A stretch of 64,000 nt of DNA from Candidatus Stahliibacteriota bacterium. GTDB taxonomy: Bacteria; Hydrothermota; Tepidihabitantia; B3-TA06. The stretch lies in contig SOJW01000057.1 in NCBI GenBank assembly GCA_004375895.1, positions 11,063 through 75,062 of the forward strand. Direction: 5' to 3'. The translations under genes were made by a program, and so were the position numbers. Shown in pieces: positions 8,100-17,894 of the stretch (position 1 is its first letter; each line of letters opens with the position of its first letter). Under the pieces are notes generated by a model. The model made no database searches. It saw only the letters and a list, made by a program, of their open reading frames with translations, and was not told where the DNA came from.

Positions 8100-9353
8100 C
8101 TATTCGTTCATCGCCTCCAGGAACTCTTCGTTGTGCTTGGTAAGCCGCATCTTGTCGAGTATGAACTCCATCATGTCCACCGGACTCATCTCGGCAAGGA
8201 TCTTCCTTAAGAGCCACACGCGGTTTAGCTCGTGGTCGGTTAAGAGAAGTTCCTCTTTCCGCGTCCCGGATTTCTGCAGATCAATCGCCGGGAAAACACG
8301 ACGGTCTGCCAGCCTGCGGTCAAGCACCATCTCGTTGTTGCCTGTGCCCTTGAACTCCTCGAAGATCACCTCGTCCATGCGCGAGCCTGTGTCGATCAGG
8401 GCGGTTGCAAGGATAGTAAGCGAGCCGCCTTCCTCGATGTTGCGAGCAGAGCCGAAGAATTTTTTAGGCTTACGCAAAGCGTTTGAATCCAATCCGCCGG
8501 AAAGGGTCTTACCGGAGTGAGGAATGACCATGTTGTGGGCGCGCGCAAGGCGGGTGATGGAATCAAGAAGAATAACAACATCCCTTTTGTGCTCCACCAG
8601 CCTCTTCGCCTTCTGCAATACGATCTCGGCCACCTGGACATGACGCTCCGGTGCCTCGTCAAAGGTGGAACTTATCACCTCGGCCTTGACCGAGCGCTCC
8701 ATGTCGGTTACCTCCTCAGGGCGCTCGTCTATCAGTAGAATGATGAGTCCTATCTCCGGATGGTTGCGTGTGATGCTGTTGGCTACCTTCTGAAGTATTA
8801 CCGTTTTGCCGGCACGTGGTGGTGAAACTATCACCCCGCGCTGTCCTTTACCTATAGGGGTGAAGAGGTCTATAACGCGCGTGGTAGAGTCGTTGTCGTC
8901 CGGGTTCTCCATGTGGATGCGCTCGGTTGGATAAAGCGGTGTAAGACTATCAAATGGCACACGGTTTCGAAGCTCCTCAGGTGGATCGCCGTTGACCTTT
9001 TCTACCTTAACTACAGCGAAGAACTTTTCGTTATTCCGCGGCGGCCTGGCGCGGGCTGTAACAGTGTCGCCCGACCGCAGCCCGATGCGCTTGACCTGTG
9101 CGGGTGAGATGTAGATGTCGTCCTGACTGGGCAGATAGCTGTAGTTGGGCGAGCGCAGGAAGCCGAATCCTTCGTTAAGTATCTCAAGCACGCCGGAACA
9201 TTCTACCAGCCCGTTCTCATGTTCCTTGCTTTCGGCTTTGAGAATGGCTTTGACGAGGTCGTCCCTCTCCATCTCAAGGGTCTCTATCTTGAACTTCTTC
9301 GCGATCTTTTGAAGATCGATTATCTTTTTTTTGCGCAACTCTTCGAGTTCCAT
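8100..9353 (-). CDS. rho: transcription termination factor Rho
   Basis: 417 aa with the RNA-binding GFGFLR motif, Walker A PPRAGKT and conserved C-terminal RecA-like core. Confidence 0.95.
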   Translation of the reverse strand: MELEELRKKKIIDLQKIAKKFKIETLEMERDDLVKAILKAESKEHENGLVECSGVLEILNEGFGFLRSPNYSYLPSQDDIYISPAQVKRIGLRSGDTVTARARPPRNNEKFFAVVKVEKVNGDPPEELRNRVPFDSLTPLYPTERIHMENPDDNDSTTRVIDLFTPIGKGQRGVIVSPPRAGKTVILQKVANSITRNHPEIGLIILLIDERPEEVTDMERSVKAEVISSTFDEAPERHVQVAEIVLQKAKRLVEHKRDVVILLDSITRLARAHNMVIPHSGKTLSGGLDSNALRKPKKFFGSARNIEEGGSLTILATALIDTGSRMDEVIFEEFKGTGNNEMVLDRRLADRRVFPAIDLQKSGTRKEELLLTDHELNRVWLLRKILAEMSPVDMMEFILDKMRLTKHNEEFLEAMNE

Positions 9354-9405
9354 GAGCCTCCCTGTCTGGGGGGTTAGTTAAGAAGTTTTCTCCTTGGACA
9401 GCATA

Positions 9406-9433
9406 ATTATAAGTTAATTATTCACCATGTCAA
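9406..9433 (-). promoter_or_regulatory. sigma70-type promoter TTGACA-16-TATAAT for rho
   Basis: On the minus strand the -35 is at 9433-9428 and the -10 at 9411-9406. SD GGGAGG precedes ATG 9353. Confidence 0.5.
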
Positions 9434-9880
9434 GCCCCAGACGGTTTATTAGACATTGATATCCCTGGGCAGCTATCTACAATATTTACAGGCAACTAAG
9501 CAAACAGGATACGTATGTTCAGAAAAAGGAAGTTTCTTCGACGGCGGGGTAGGGCGCGACGGCATCCCGGTGGAGGCGATGGCCGCCGAGCACCGCAGAG
9601 AGCTTTACATAATCAAAGCAATATCCTCCTCTTGATTTTTCAACCCAGCGCGAACAGTACGAGGAAACCCTGGAATGGGCCAAGCGCAACGACACGGTCG
9701 AGATAAAGAAGCCTAGAAAACGCTTCCTTGGGTTGTTCTAAATCCAGGTCTTTGATCTGCATCTCAGTCTTAGTGGATAAGCTCAGAAGCCTTTTTTATG
9801 CGTCGGTTACACTTGACAAAACCTTGATTCTGCTTAGAGTAGATTGCATAATGACCTAGATAGGTATCAAAGGAGAGGCT

Positions 9881-10867
9881 ATGGCTACAAAACGAATCGC
9901 TTTTTGCATCACAGGAGGAGGAGCGCGCATCTCTCAGCAGGCGGCGATGTGCGATTTTTTGATAAACGAAAAGGGAAAGGTTCCCGAGGTCTTTTCCGGA
10001 ACATCGGCAGGAGGGCTTCTTACGGTTGCGGTTGATTCCATACTGGCCGGACGCTGGGGTTGGGACGGACTCAAGAATACACTCTGGAACCTGAAGAATG
10101 ATGAGGTGTACAAAAAAATCTCCCCCTTGAAGATGGCCTTTCGTGTTATGTGTAAGCGATTGCCCGCGTGGTATGACACCTCACCAGAACGCGAACTCTT
10201 CAGGAAGATGCTGAAAGAGATCAAAATCAATAAACTCAAGGAGCTTAAGGGAATCTGCTACATCTGCGGTGTGCGAAACCAAGACGGGCATGATACACGC
10301 TGGTATAATCGAGATAAGAATCATGGTGAGCTTAAGATCGAGGATGTGCTCATGGGGACCTCGGCCATACCATTCAAGTTCCCGCCCCAGGAGGTGCCTT
10401 ACAACTCGGGACCATACTATGTTGACGGCGGGGCTGGGCGTGACTTCTCGCCGCTTGAGGTGCTTTTTGAGCACGAGCTGGACGAGATATACGTTCTGAT
10501 TCCTGGCCGAAGCAAGAACCCACCCAAGATCAACTCACAGTGGATCGTGGACAACGTCTACGCGGCGGTGGATCACATGTTGAACGATCTCTTTGACCTG
10601 CAGGTTGACTACTACCCCAGGCTGGACCCTGATACTGCCTTCTATGTGATTCAACCTGTTTTCGAGTATCCTTTCGACCCCATGGATTTCGAGAAGGGTT
10701 TCGAGCAGTACCAGGCAACCTGGAAGTGGCTGGAGAAGAACTTTGATAAGATCAAGCCCCAGCCCTCGGACTGGCCGCCCAAGAGACATAAAGCCAAACC
10801 TGGGATAGACACGATCTTGAAGTTCATGGCGCGCCGCGAGCGCAAAAGGAAGAAGCGTAAGCGCTGA
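9881..10867 (+). CDS. patatin-like phospholipase
   Basis: 328 aa with the oxyanion GGGARI, nucleophile GTSAGG and catalytic DGGAG motifs, plus a Lys/Arg-rich tail. RBS AAAGGAGAGG. Confidence 0.85.
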   Translation: MATKRIAFCITGGGARISQQAAMCDFLINEKGKVPEVFSGTSAGGLLTVAVDSILAGRWGWDGLKNTLWNLKNDEVYKKISPLKMAFRVMCKRLPAWYDTSPERELFRKMLKEIKINKLKELKGICYICGVRNQDGHDTRWYNRDKNHGELKIEDVLMGTSAIPFKFPPQEVPYNSGPYYVDGGAGRDFSPLEVLFEHELDEIYVLIPGRSKNPPKINSQWIVDNVYAAVDHMLNDLFDLQVDYYPRLDPDTAFYVIQPVFEYPFDPMDFEKGFEQYQATWKWLEKNFDKIKPQPSDWPPKRHKAKPGIDTILKFMARRERKRKKRKR

Positions 10868-10933
10868 GAGGTTCGGGAGAGAAAAAACAACGTCAGGGAG
10901 ACCCTGCCGCTACCTAAGCCTTAGGAGGTTTTT

Positions 10934-11515
10934 ATGGCTAAGAAAGGAGAGAGAACCTGGGAAGATGAAAAGAAGTTCCAGGCCCAGTTGGAAGAATACA
11001 AGCAACTTAGGGCGGAGATATTGACTCGAAGCAGGGGAGTGTACTATATGATCCTCGCCCTCTTCTATCCAGCTGCACTTGGTTTTGGGATAGCTCGTTC
11101 CGACCATTTAATAACTCTTATGACTGCTTTTCTCCCTTTAATTATATGGATAATGGACATTCAAAATGACTATTCGATTCACCGGCTTGGCGCTTATATC
11201 GAGCTTCAACTAGAAAGGAAGTTGGTGGGGCTCAACTGGGAGCACTATAAAGAGGAAGAAAGACCGTTAAGGCCTAGATTGGATCGGTGTTTTGCGATAT
11301 TAAGTCAAATGTTGTTACCCCTTCTGGTGGTTTTATCTAGTGGCATGTCGCTTCTCCTTTGGTTTAGTAATAAGGGACCTTACTACTTCCTGTTTATGTG
11401 GGGAGGTATTTCCGTTCTTTTGTTGATTCTCTCGATTGTTGCCTTTGTGTACCGATCAAATATTAAAAAATACAGAGAGAGGCTTAGGAGGATTCTCGGA
11501 GGAGCCGAGCGTTAG
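10934..11515 (+). CDS. hypothetical 4-TM membrane protein with N-terminal charged helix
   Basis: 193 aa with four hydrophobic segments and RBS TAGGAGG. Visibly more AT-rich than its neighbours. Confidence 0.6.
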   Translation: MAKKGERTWEDEKKFQAQLEEYKQLRAEILTRSRGVYYMILALFYPAALGFGIARSDHLITLMTAFLPLIIWIMDIQNDYSIHRLGAYIELQLERKLVGLNWEHYKEEERPLRPRLDRCFAILSQMLLPLLVVLSSGMSLLLWFSNKGPYYFLFMWGGISVLLLILSIVAFVYRSNIKKYRERLRRILGGAER

Positions 11516-11605
11516 GTCGGCCCCGAATTGGTTCAGAAGCGAGATAGCTCGCTAGCGAGACTGAAGTCTCGCACTACGTGTTAGATTTTCCCTTCGGGGT
11601 GAGAA

Positions 11606-12151
11606 TCAGGAACGGTAGTTTGCCCGGATGGTGAAACCTACAACTCCCTGAAGCGGTGTGAGTGGTGGAAAGGAGTAGGTGGCCTGAGCGCGAAGCAGGA
11701 AGTGCCTTGATAGGAAGAAAAGCCCTGCGATCTCGGCGTCAAGATTGAATCGGAAAGGGTAGCGACCCTTCTCCTCCTCAATGTAGTAACTCAGGCGACG
11801 AAGCGAAGGGCCCAACCCCAAAGCGCCTTGCAACCTTTCATCCATTCTGACAACGAACAACCGGTACTCGCCCAGAAGCCCAAGATGCTGGTCACGGAAA
11901 AGGGTCTGACGGCTCTCGCTGCGCCAGAACGTTTCGCCATAGACCATTATCACATCAAACCCCTCACGCCCGGCGTAGTAACCGGCTTCCGACTCAACCC
12001 GCCATCCGCTCTGGATCACCGAAAGGTTCTGAAGTCGGGCAGAGGGTTCACCTCCAAGGTAATGACTGCTTCCACCGCCAACGCCGACCGCCCAGCTGGC
12101 GGCAAAAAGTGGCTGGGTGAGGAGAAAAAGGAAAAGAGCCCTGGTGTTCAC
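11606..12151 (-). CDS. hypothetical secreted protein, possibly a small outer-membrane beta-barrel
   Basis: 181 aa with signal peptide MNTRALFLFLLTQPLFAAS and alternating aromatic/hydrophilic strands. Lies 3 nt downstream of the DUF3160-like gene. Confidence 0.45.
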   Translation of the reverse strand: MNTRALFLFLLTQPLFAASWAVGVGGGSSHYLGGEPSARLQNLSVIQSGWRVESEAGYYAGREGFDVIMVYGETFWRSESRQTLFRDQHLGLLGEYRLFVVRMDERLQGALGLGPSLRRLSYYIEEEKGRYPFRFNLDAEIAGLFFLSRHFLLRAQATYSFPPLTPLQGVVGFTIRANYRS

Positions 12152-12154
12152 ACC

Positions 12155-14203
12155 TTAACGTCCGAAGAGCGCGTTCGTCCAGCCAGGCTTGGCCGGGGCT
12201 TGGCCTCGACCCAGCATCTCCTGCCACGCCTCATCGGTCAGCCTATCTGCCATCGGCTGCTTGAACTCGTAGTAGGTGTATGTTCCGCCCTGGGCCACGT
12301 ATAGTTTGCCTCCTATCTCGACCAGAACGTATAACCGCGCCGGATCGCCTGAAGCCTCCTGGAGCACCTGACCGGTGTTAGGGTCGGTGTGAACGTCGGC
12401 CACAAGCGCCATGCGTTCGTCCGCCTCGCCTGTGACAACCTCACCCAACCTGCGAGGCATGTAGGAAAGGCGTCCCGCAACGTTCCACAGCCATTCGTGT
12501 TCATCCGCAGTCAAAGCTTCACCATCGGCCTGCTTGCGGGCCAGGGTATCCAGCCTATCAAGCGTTTCGGCAAAGTAAAGGTAGGTATCCCTGATTGGAT
12601 TATCATGACCTTCGTTTGCAGAGAACTCGGCGATTGTCCGTGCGCAGGAAGCCATCTGAGCGTAAAGCTTGGAAGCTTGCTCAACCACAGCCTTACGCAG
12701 GGGAGGCGGAGGTGTGGGTTCATCGCCCGGAGGGACTCCCATGCCAAGAGCGGTGTAGCTCTGCTTGGCATAGAGGATCGCATCGTGGCGAAGCTCGGCC
12801 CACGACGCAAGCGCGGTCGTAAGCTTCTTGCGATCCCAGGCCTCTTCATCGGCCTTCGCAGGGGCATCCGACTGTTTGTAGGCCGCAAACAACTCGAACC
12901 AGCGGTAGTAAACCGAGGAGCGCCGCTCTGCTGCCGAAAGCGACGCATACCAGCGGACCATCTTCTCGAGCTGTTCATCGTAGTTGGTGTATTCCGTATC
13001 GCCCTCGTCTTTGAGAATCTTCAAAGCCTCGGTCCAGCGGAGCACCGCCATCACGTCAAGGCCTCTGGGGAAAACGCGCATCGGACCCAGCTGGGTCATC
13101 CCCCATGTGAAGGGCCTGGGGTCTCTACTGCCCTGGTAGGTTTTAACCCTGTCCGCGACAAGCTCGGTGAAGATGTAGGAATCGGGCACGAACCGCTGGG
13201 GCATGAAGCGTACGGATAAAGGCACCTCGATGGGTTCCTGGCCGGGATAGAATGCGGCCATCTCCGAGAGTATCTTAGGTTGAATGTTTTCACGCAGGTA
13301 AGCTGCGAATTCCCGCATTCTTATCTCGTCTTCGATTATATCGGCAACTACCTCTTTGCCGAAGAACTCCCGCGCCTCTTCCAGCAAAAGCCCGGGTGTT
13401 ATATCCTCTGCCGCACCGAAGAAGAACGCGGTCGGCTCGTAGATCTCCTCCCAGAGGAGGCTCAAATCAGAATCTTCCTCAAGATGCAGCGCCACAAGAA
13501 GTGCCGTCTGCAAGGGCAGGAGGGGATCGCTCTTTTCCTTGGGAACGTGCAACGGCAGCCTCCCGTACCACATCATGGCCTTGAAGTAGCGGCGGAAATC
13601 CTCAGACCTTGTATAGTGCCCGCGAGGAACGTACTGAGAGTAATCCTCCTTCACACCGGGAAGGAAGGTGATCTCCTGGATGCCCTTGTGCTCCTCGATC
13701 TTGGCAAGCTCCTTTGCGACGAACTTTTCGATATCCTTCGGGAGTTCCACCTCCTGACCGAGCAGCCGTGCACCGACCGCGAAGTAGATATACTCGGCCT
13801 GAGCCGCTTCCTTTAGACCACCCGAAGCCCTCTTCCAATCCTTATGAGCTTTCTGGAGCATGCCTGAGGTGAGCCGCTCAAGTTTGGGAAGAAGTTCTTC
13901 GATCTCCATTATGCGCACGGTGTAGTCTACCATAAGGTGAAGGGTATGGAAGCAAAGGTCGGCTGAGATGAACATCGGGGTCTGTGGCGACTCGGTGTAG
14001 TCGGAGTAGACGTCGTAGATGGTCTTGTAGCCGGTAGGCTGCAGGACGAAACCGATGCTGTCGATCTTCGTAAATTCGACCTCTGCCAGCCGATAGCTAA
14101 GCTCGGGCTGGGCCTCTTTCGGGTTGAAGCCCTTGAGTCTCCCCGCGTAAGCCATGTTGACTCCGAGGGTTAGGGTTAATGCAAAGATTGCCACGCTACG
14201 CAT
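12155..14203 (-). CDS. secreted DUF3160-like protein
   Basis: 682 aa with a signal peptide. Size and sequence style recall DUF3160, but the family call is from memory only. Confidence 0.55.
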   Translation of the reverse strand: MRSVAIFALTLTLGVNMAYAGRLKGFNPKEAQPELSYRLAEVEFTKIDSIGFVLQPTGYKTIYDVYSDYTESPQTPMFISADLCFHTLHLMVDYTVRIMEIEELLPKLERLTSGMLQKAHKDWKRASGGLKEAAQAEYIYFAVGARLLGQEVELPKDIEKFVAKELAKIEEHKGIQEITFLPGVKEDYSQYVPRGHYTRSEDFRRYFKAMMWYGRLPLHVPKEKSDPLLPLQTALLVALHLEEDSDLSLLWEEIYEPTAFFFGAAEDITPGLLLEEAREFFGKEVVADIIEDEIRMREFAAYLRENIQPKILSEMAAFYPGQEPIEVPLSVRFMPQRFVPDSYIFTELVADRVKTYQGSRDPRPFTWGMTQLGPMRVFPRGLDVMAVLRWTEALKILKDEGDTEYTNYDEQLEKMVRWYASLSAAERRSSVYYRWFELFAAYKQSDAPAKADEEAWDRKKLTTALASWAELRHDAILYAKQSYTALGMGVPPGDEPTPPPPLRKAVVEQASKLYAQMASCARTIAEFSANEGHDNPIRDTYLYFAETLDRLDTLARKQADGEALTADEHEWLWNVAGRLSYMPRRLGEVVTGEADERMALVADVHTDPNTGQVLQEASGDPARLYVLVEIGGKLYVAQGGTYTYYEFKQPMADRLTDEAWQEMLGRGQAPAKPGWTNALFGR

Positions 14204-14535
14204 ACTGCCTCCTTATTGTATTCACACTATACTTGGAGATACAGCAGAGTCAAGCAGGTATTTCACCCCACACGATTGCAGGCGCACTCGCGCGGGGACC
14301 CCGAAGCGGCCAGAAGCCGCTTTCTTGCGATCTTTACCCTGTCGGGTCGCAAGCGTCGTCCTCCGACGAAAGGAGCATAAAAAATCCCCTCCCCTAGTGG
14401 GAGGGGATAAAGGGGAAGGGGTTAATGTGGCACAGGCTCTCCAGCCTGTGCATATTATGTAAACGGACAGGAGCACCCGACCGGGGCACGTGAGTCCGTT
14501 CCACATCATTCATCGCTGCGTTCGAGCAGGGTATA

Positions 14536-14563
14536 TTGACCCCACGCGTCTAATCAATACAAT
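14536..14563 (+). promoter_or_regulatory. sigma70-type promoter TTGACC-16-TACAAT abutting the arcC start codon
   Basis: -35 at 14536-14541 and -10 at 14558-14563. ATG at 14569 is only 5 nt after the -10, so the transcript is probably leaderless. Confidence 0.55.
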
Positions 14564-14568
14564 TCAGG

Positions 14569-15519
14569 ATGGAACGCAGTGCGGTAATAGCGCTGGGCGG
14601 GAACGCGCTGGTAAATAAGAACGCAAGGTTCGCGTCCTTCGAGGATCAGCGCGAGGTGGTGGAGACGACCGCCCGCCAGATCGCGCAGCTTATGTATCAA
14701 GGCTGGCGCGTGGCCATAACCCACGGCAACGGCCCGCAGGTGGGCGATCTGCTGTTGATCTCTCACATGGCGCACGAGGCGCAGCGCGAGATTCCCCAGA
14801 TACCGCTGGACGCGGCCAACGCCTCGACCCAGGGCTCGCTCGGATACCTCATCGTCCAGGCGGTGCGCAACGCCCTTGCAACCAACGACACTAAAAGCGA
14901 GATAGCCGCGGTGGTGACCCAGGTGGTGGTGGATAGAGCCGACCCTGCGTTCCGCAACCCGACCAAGTTCGTGGGGCCTTCGTACGGCATCGAGGAGGCC
15001 AACGAGCTCTCCATAAGACTGGGCTGGCGGATGAAGGAGGACCGAGGCCGGGGCTGGCGCAGGGTGGTTGCCTCGCCAAAGCCTCGCGAGATTGTGGAAC
15101 TACCTGTTATCAGGGAACTTATGGAACGAGGTGTCTCGGTAGTAACCGTTGGCGGCGGCGGGATACCGGTAGTTAAAGAAGGAGATAAGCTAAAAGGCGT
15201 GGCCGCAGTTATTGACAAGGATCACGCATCCTCGCTTCTTGCCACCGGTCTGGAGGCGGAGCTTCTCGCGATTATTGCCCCGGTGGAGCATGTCTGCATG
15301 GACTTCGGCAAACCGACCCAGCGCCCGCTTGATCGCCTGAGTGCGGGGGAGGCAAAAAGGCTCCTTGCAGCCGGGCAATTCCCACAAGGAAGCATGGGAC
15401 CGAAGATCGAGGCCGCGATAAGCTTCCTTGAGGCGGGCGGCAGTAACGTGCTTATAACCGATCCGCCCAACCTGATCAGAGGGATAGTAGGAGAAACCGG
15501 AACGAGGATAAAGCCATGA
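14569..15519 (+). CDS. arcC: carbamate kinase
   Basis: 316 aa with ALGGNAL and THGNGPQVG motifs and collinear carbamate-kinase architecture. Confidence 0.9.
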   Translation: MERSAVIALGGNALVNKNARFASFEDQREVVETTARQIAQLMYQGWRVAITHGNGPQVGDLLLISHMAHEAQREIPQIPLDAANASTQGSLGYLIVQAVRNALATNDTKSEIAAVVTQVVVDRADPAFRNPTKFVGPSYGIEEANELSIRLGWRMKEDRGRGWRRVVASPKPREIVELPVIRELMERGVSVVTVGGGGIPVVKEGDKLKGVAAVIDKDHASSLLATGLEAELLAIIAPVEHVCMDFGKPTQRPLDRLSAGEAKRLLAAGQFPQGSMGPKIEAAISFLEAGGSNVLITDPPNLIRGIVGETGTRIKP

Positions 15520-16739
15520 GGTTTATCTTGATGCTGGCGATCTCAGGCAAGCTCCTGATCCCTATGGATTTATCCCAGACCAATCACCTGAAGGCTTATG
15601 GTATAGCCTATCACGCGCTGGCGCGCGGGGAGAAGGTCGAGTGGCTTTTGAACTACAGAGGCGGTTCGTTCCTTGTGGAGAGTTCGAAGGAAAGTGCAAA
15701 GGAGTGTCTTCTTGCAGGGGTCAGGCTCGTGGAGGTAGACATCGGTGCAGAGGCGGCGATCCGGGCTACCATCGAGGAAAGCAACATGAACGCGGTTCTT
15801 TTAGAGAAGGCACCCAAGGTCGCGGTTTACGCCCCCCCGACCGCCGATCCGTGGGATGACGCGGTCAGGCTGGCTTTGGAGTACGCGGAGATTCCATACG
15901 ATGTGCTCTGGGACCCCCAGGTGCTGGCAGGAAAGCTTGCGGATTACGACTGGGTGCACCTGCACCACGAGGACTTTACCGGTCAGTACGGTAAGTTCTA
16001 CTATAACTACCACAACGCCGATTGGTACAAGGAACAGGTGAGGCTCAACGAGGCGACCGCAAAGAAGTTGAGGTTTGAGGGGGTTCCCAAACTGAAGCTG
16101 GCGGTGGCAAAGGCGATCAAGCGCTACGTTCTCGAAGGGGGCTTCCTTTTCGCAATGTGCTCGGCAACCGACACCTACGACATCGCCCTGGCGGCTGAAG
16201 CTACGGATGTGGTGCACCAGATCTTCGACGGCACCCCGATGGACAAGGACTGCCAGGAAAAGCTTGACTACTCCCGGACCTTTGCGTTTGAAGATTTCCA
16301 GTTGGTGACCGATCCCTACCGCTACGAACACTCTGATATTGACGTAAGCGAGGGGGCGGTGGCACGCGGCGAGGAGGCGGTGTTCGCGCTGTTTGACTTC
16401 TCTGCCAAGTTCGATCCGGTACCTTGCATGCTTGTGCAAGACCACACCGCACTTTGCAAGGAGTTTTTGGGCCAGAACACCGGCTTCAACCGCATTCTCA
16501 TTAAACGAGACGTGCTGGTACTGGGCGAAGTTAAGGGAACGGAGGAGGTAAAGTACATCCACGGCAACCTGGGTGAGGGGACGTTTACCTTCCTTGGCGG
16601 GCACGACCCCGAGGATTATGCACACCGGATAGGCGATCCACCTACCGAGCTTGAGCTTTACCGGCACTCGCCCGGATACAGGTTGATTCTAAACAACGTG
16701 CTCTTCCCAGCGGCAGAACGCAAGCCCTTAAAGACATGA
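15516..16739 (+). CDS. conserved hypothetical protein (function unknown)
   Basis: 407 aa. ATGA overlaps with both the arcC stop and the next gene's start. Contains NHLKAYGIAY and HLHHEDFTGQYGKF. I recall homologs being auto-annotated as asparagine synthetase B without real support. Confidence 0.7.
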   Translation: MRFILMLAISGKLLIPMDLSQTNHLKAYGIAYHALARGEKVEWLLNYRGGSFLVESSKESAKECLLAGVRLVEVDIGAEAAIRATIEESNMNAVLLEKAPKVAVYAPPTADPWDDAVRLALEYAEIPYDVLWDPQVLAGKLADYDWVHLHHEDFTGQYGKFYYNYHNADWYKEQVRLNEATAKKLRFEGVPKLKLAVAKAIKRYVLEGGFLFAMCSATDTYDIALAAEATDVVHQIFDGTPMDKDCQEKLDYSRTFAFEDFQLVTDPYRYEHSDIDVSEGAVARGEEAVFALFDFSAKFDPVPCMLVQDHTALCKEFLGQNTGFNRILIKRDVLVLGEVKGTEEVKYIHGNLGEGTFTFLGGHDPEDYAHRIGDPPTELELYRHSPGYRLILNNVLFPAAERKPLKT

Positions 16740-17635
16740 AGTCCGATCCTCGCTGCATCCCGTGTTTAGTGCGCCAGCTTGAGCGCAGCGCAAAGGCCCT
16801 GCACCTGCCCGCCGACGAGTTTGACAGACTGATCTCCAAGGCAAGGCAGGAGATACCTGATATCCCCCTCAGCCTGCCGCCCAACATATACTCCACTCGG
16901 CTCTTGGAGATGATCTATCACGATGGAGCCGATCCTTACAAAGAGGAAAAGGCCCGGCACAACCGGGAAGTGGCGAATATTCTGCCATTTGTGAGGAGGA
17001 TGGTGAAGCGATCGGATAACCCCAAGAAGACGGCGTTGCTCGCGGCGTCCCTGGGCAACGTGATCGATCTGGGTACGAGAGAGCGTATAGATACAGGTGA
17101 GATAAAAGAGTTTCTTGAGCAAGCAACCTTTGAACGCGACGACAGCCCTGAACTCCTGAAGCGGGTGGAAAGCGCCCAGACCTTGATCTACGTGGTGGAC
17201 AACGCGGGTGAGGTGCTGCTTGATGGTCTCTGTGCAGAAGTCCTTGGCGTACCGCAGACTATCTTCGTGGCCAAGTCCTCACCAATCCTGAACGACGTGA
17301 CGGTTCAAGAGATGATCGATCTCGGTTTCGATCCGGCGAGTGTAGCAAGCACCGGTACAAACGACCTGGGGATAAACTGGGAGACCTTAAATCCCGAAGT
17401 TATGGAGCTTATGAAGAACGCCGATCTGGTTATTGCCAAGGGGCACGCGAACTTCGAGAGTTTTATAGACGGCCACCAGGAGACGTTCCTTCTGTTAAAG
17501 ATAAAGTGTGAAGTGGTTGCCGAGAAGATACGCGAGGACTGCGGCTCGCTTGTGTGTATGCACTATTTACCCCAAAAGAATGCTTCGCCTTCTTTCGGGG
17601 ACCCCACAAAGGCGCGGAGCGGCTTTGTGGGGTAA
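16736..17635 (+). CDS. DUF89 (ARMT1-like damage-control phosphatase) family protein
   Basis: 299 aa with N-terminal CIPC, GNVIDLG, DNAGEVLLDG and AKGHANFES motifs. The last ~15 codons run into an H5 repeat. Confidence 0.8.
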   Translation: MKSDPRCIPCLVRQLERSAKALHLPADEFDRLISKARQEIPDIPLSLPPNIYSTRLLEMIYHDGADPYKEEKARHNREVANILPFVRRMVKRSDNPKKTALLAASLGNVIDLGTRERIDTGEIKEFLEQATFERDDSPELLKRVESAQTLIYVVDNAGEVLLDGLCAEVLGVPQTIFVAKSSPILNDVTVQEMIDLGFDPASVASTGTNDLGINWETLNPEVMELMKNADLVIAKGHANFESFIDGHQETFLLLKIKCEVVAEKIREDCGSLVCMHYLPQKNASPSFGDPTKARSGFVG

Positions 17636-17675
17636 ATAGCTTGTAGCGCGAACCTTTAGGTTCGCTTATAGTTGC

Positions 17676-17697
17676 GGGCCGACCTGAAGGTCGGCCC
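17676..17697. repeat. H1 hairpin GGGCCGACC-TGAA-GGTCGGCCC
   Basis: Identical to 6353-6374. Confidence 0.85.
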
Positions 17698-17829
17698 CTA
17701 CTGTTAATGAATATTCCCTCACCTCTGCCTCCTGCCAGACGGTGGCACTTCGTCTCCCAAGGGGCGAGGAGTGTAGTCCCTCTCCACTTGGGGAGAGGGA
17801 TTAAGGGTGAGGGTAAATAATCCCACTCC

Positions 17830-17894
17830 CTTAACGGGACAGTGTGCCCCTTGAGTGCCTGGTGCACTCATAGGGTAGGGGGTAGGGGGAGGGT
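17830..17894 (-). repeat. H2 hairpin repeat copy (stem GAGTGC/GCACTC)
   Basis: Its reverse complement is near-identical to 6393-6458. Confidence 0.85.

Noticed and set aside
9481-9745. Protein-like stretches in two different frames between rho and the patatin gene (SFFDGGVGRDGIPVEAMAAEHRRELYIIK and FSTQREQYEETLEWAKRNDTVEIKKPRKRFLGLF); the track ORF 9515-9706 is in the third frame
   Set aside because: These could be a frame-shifted gene relic, but I cannot assign any family. The pieces are short and there is no start or RBS, so there is not enough support to call a pseudogene.
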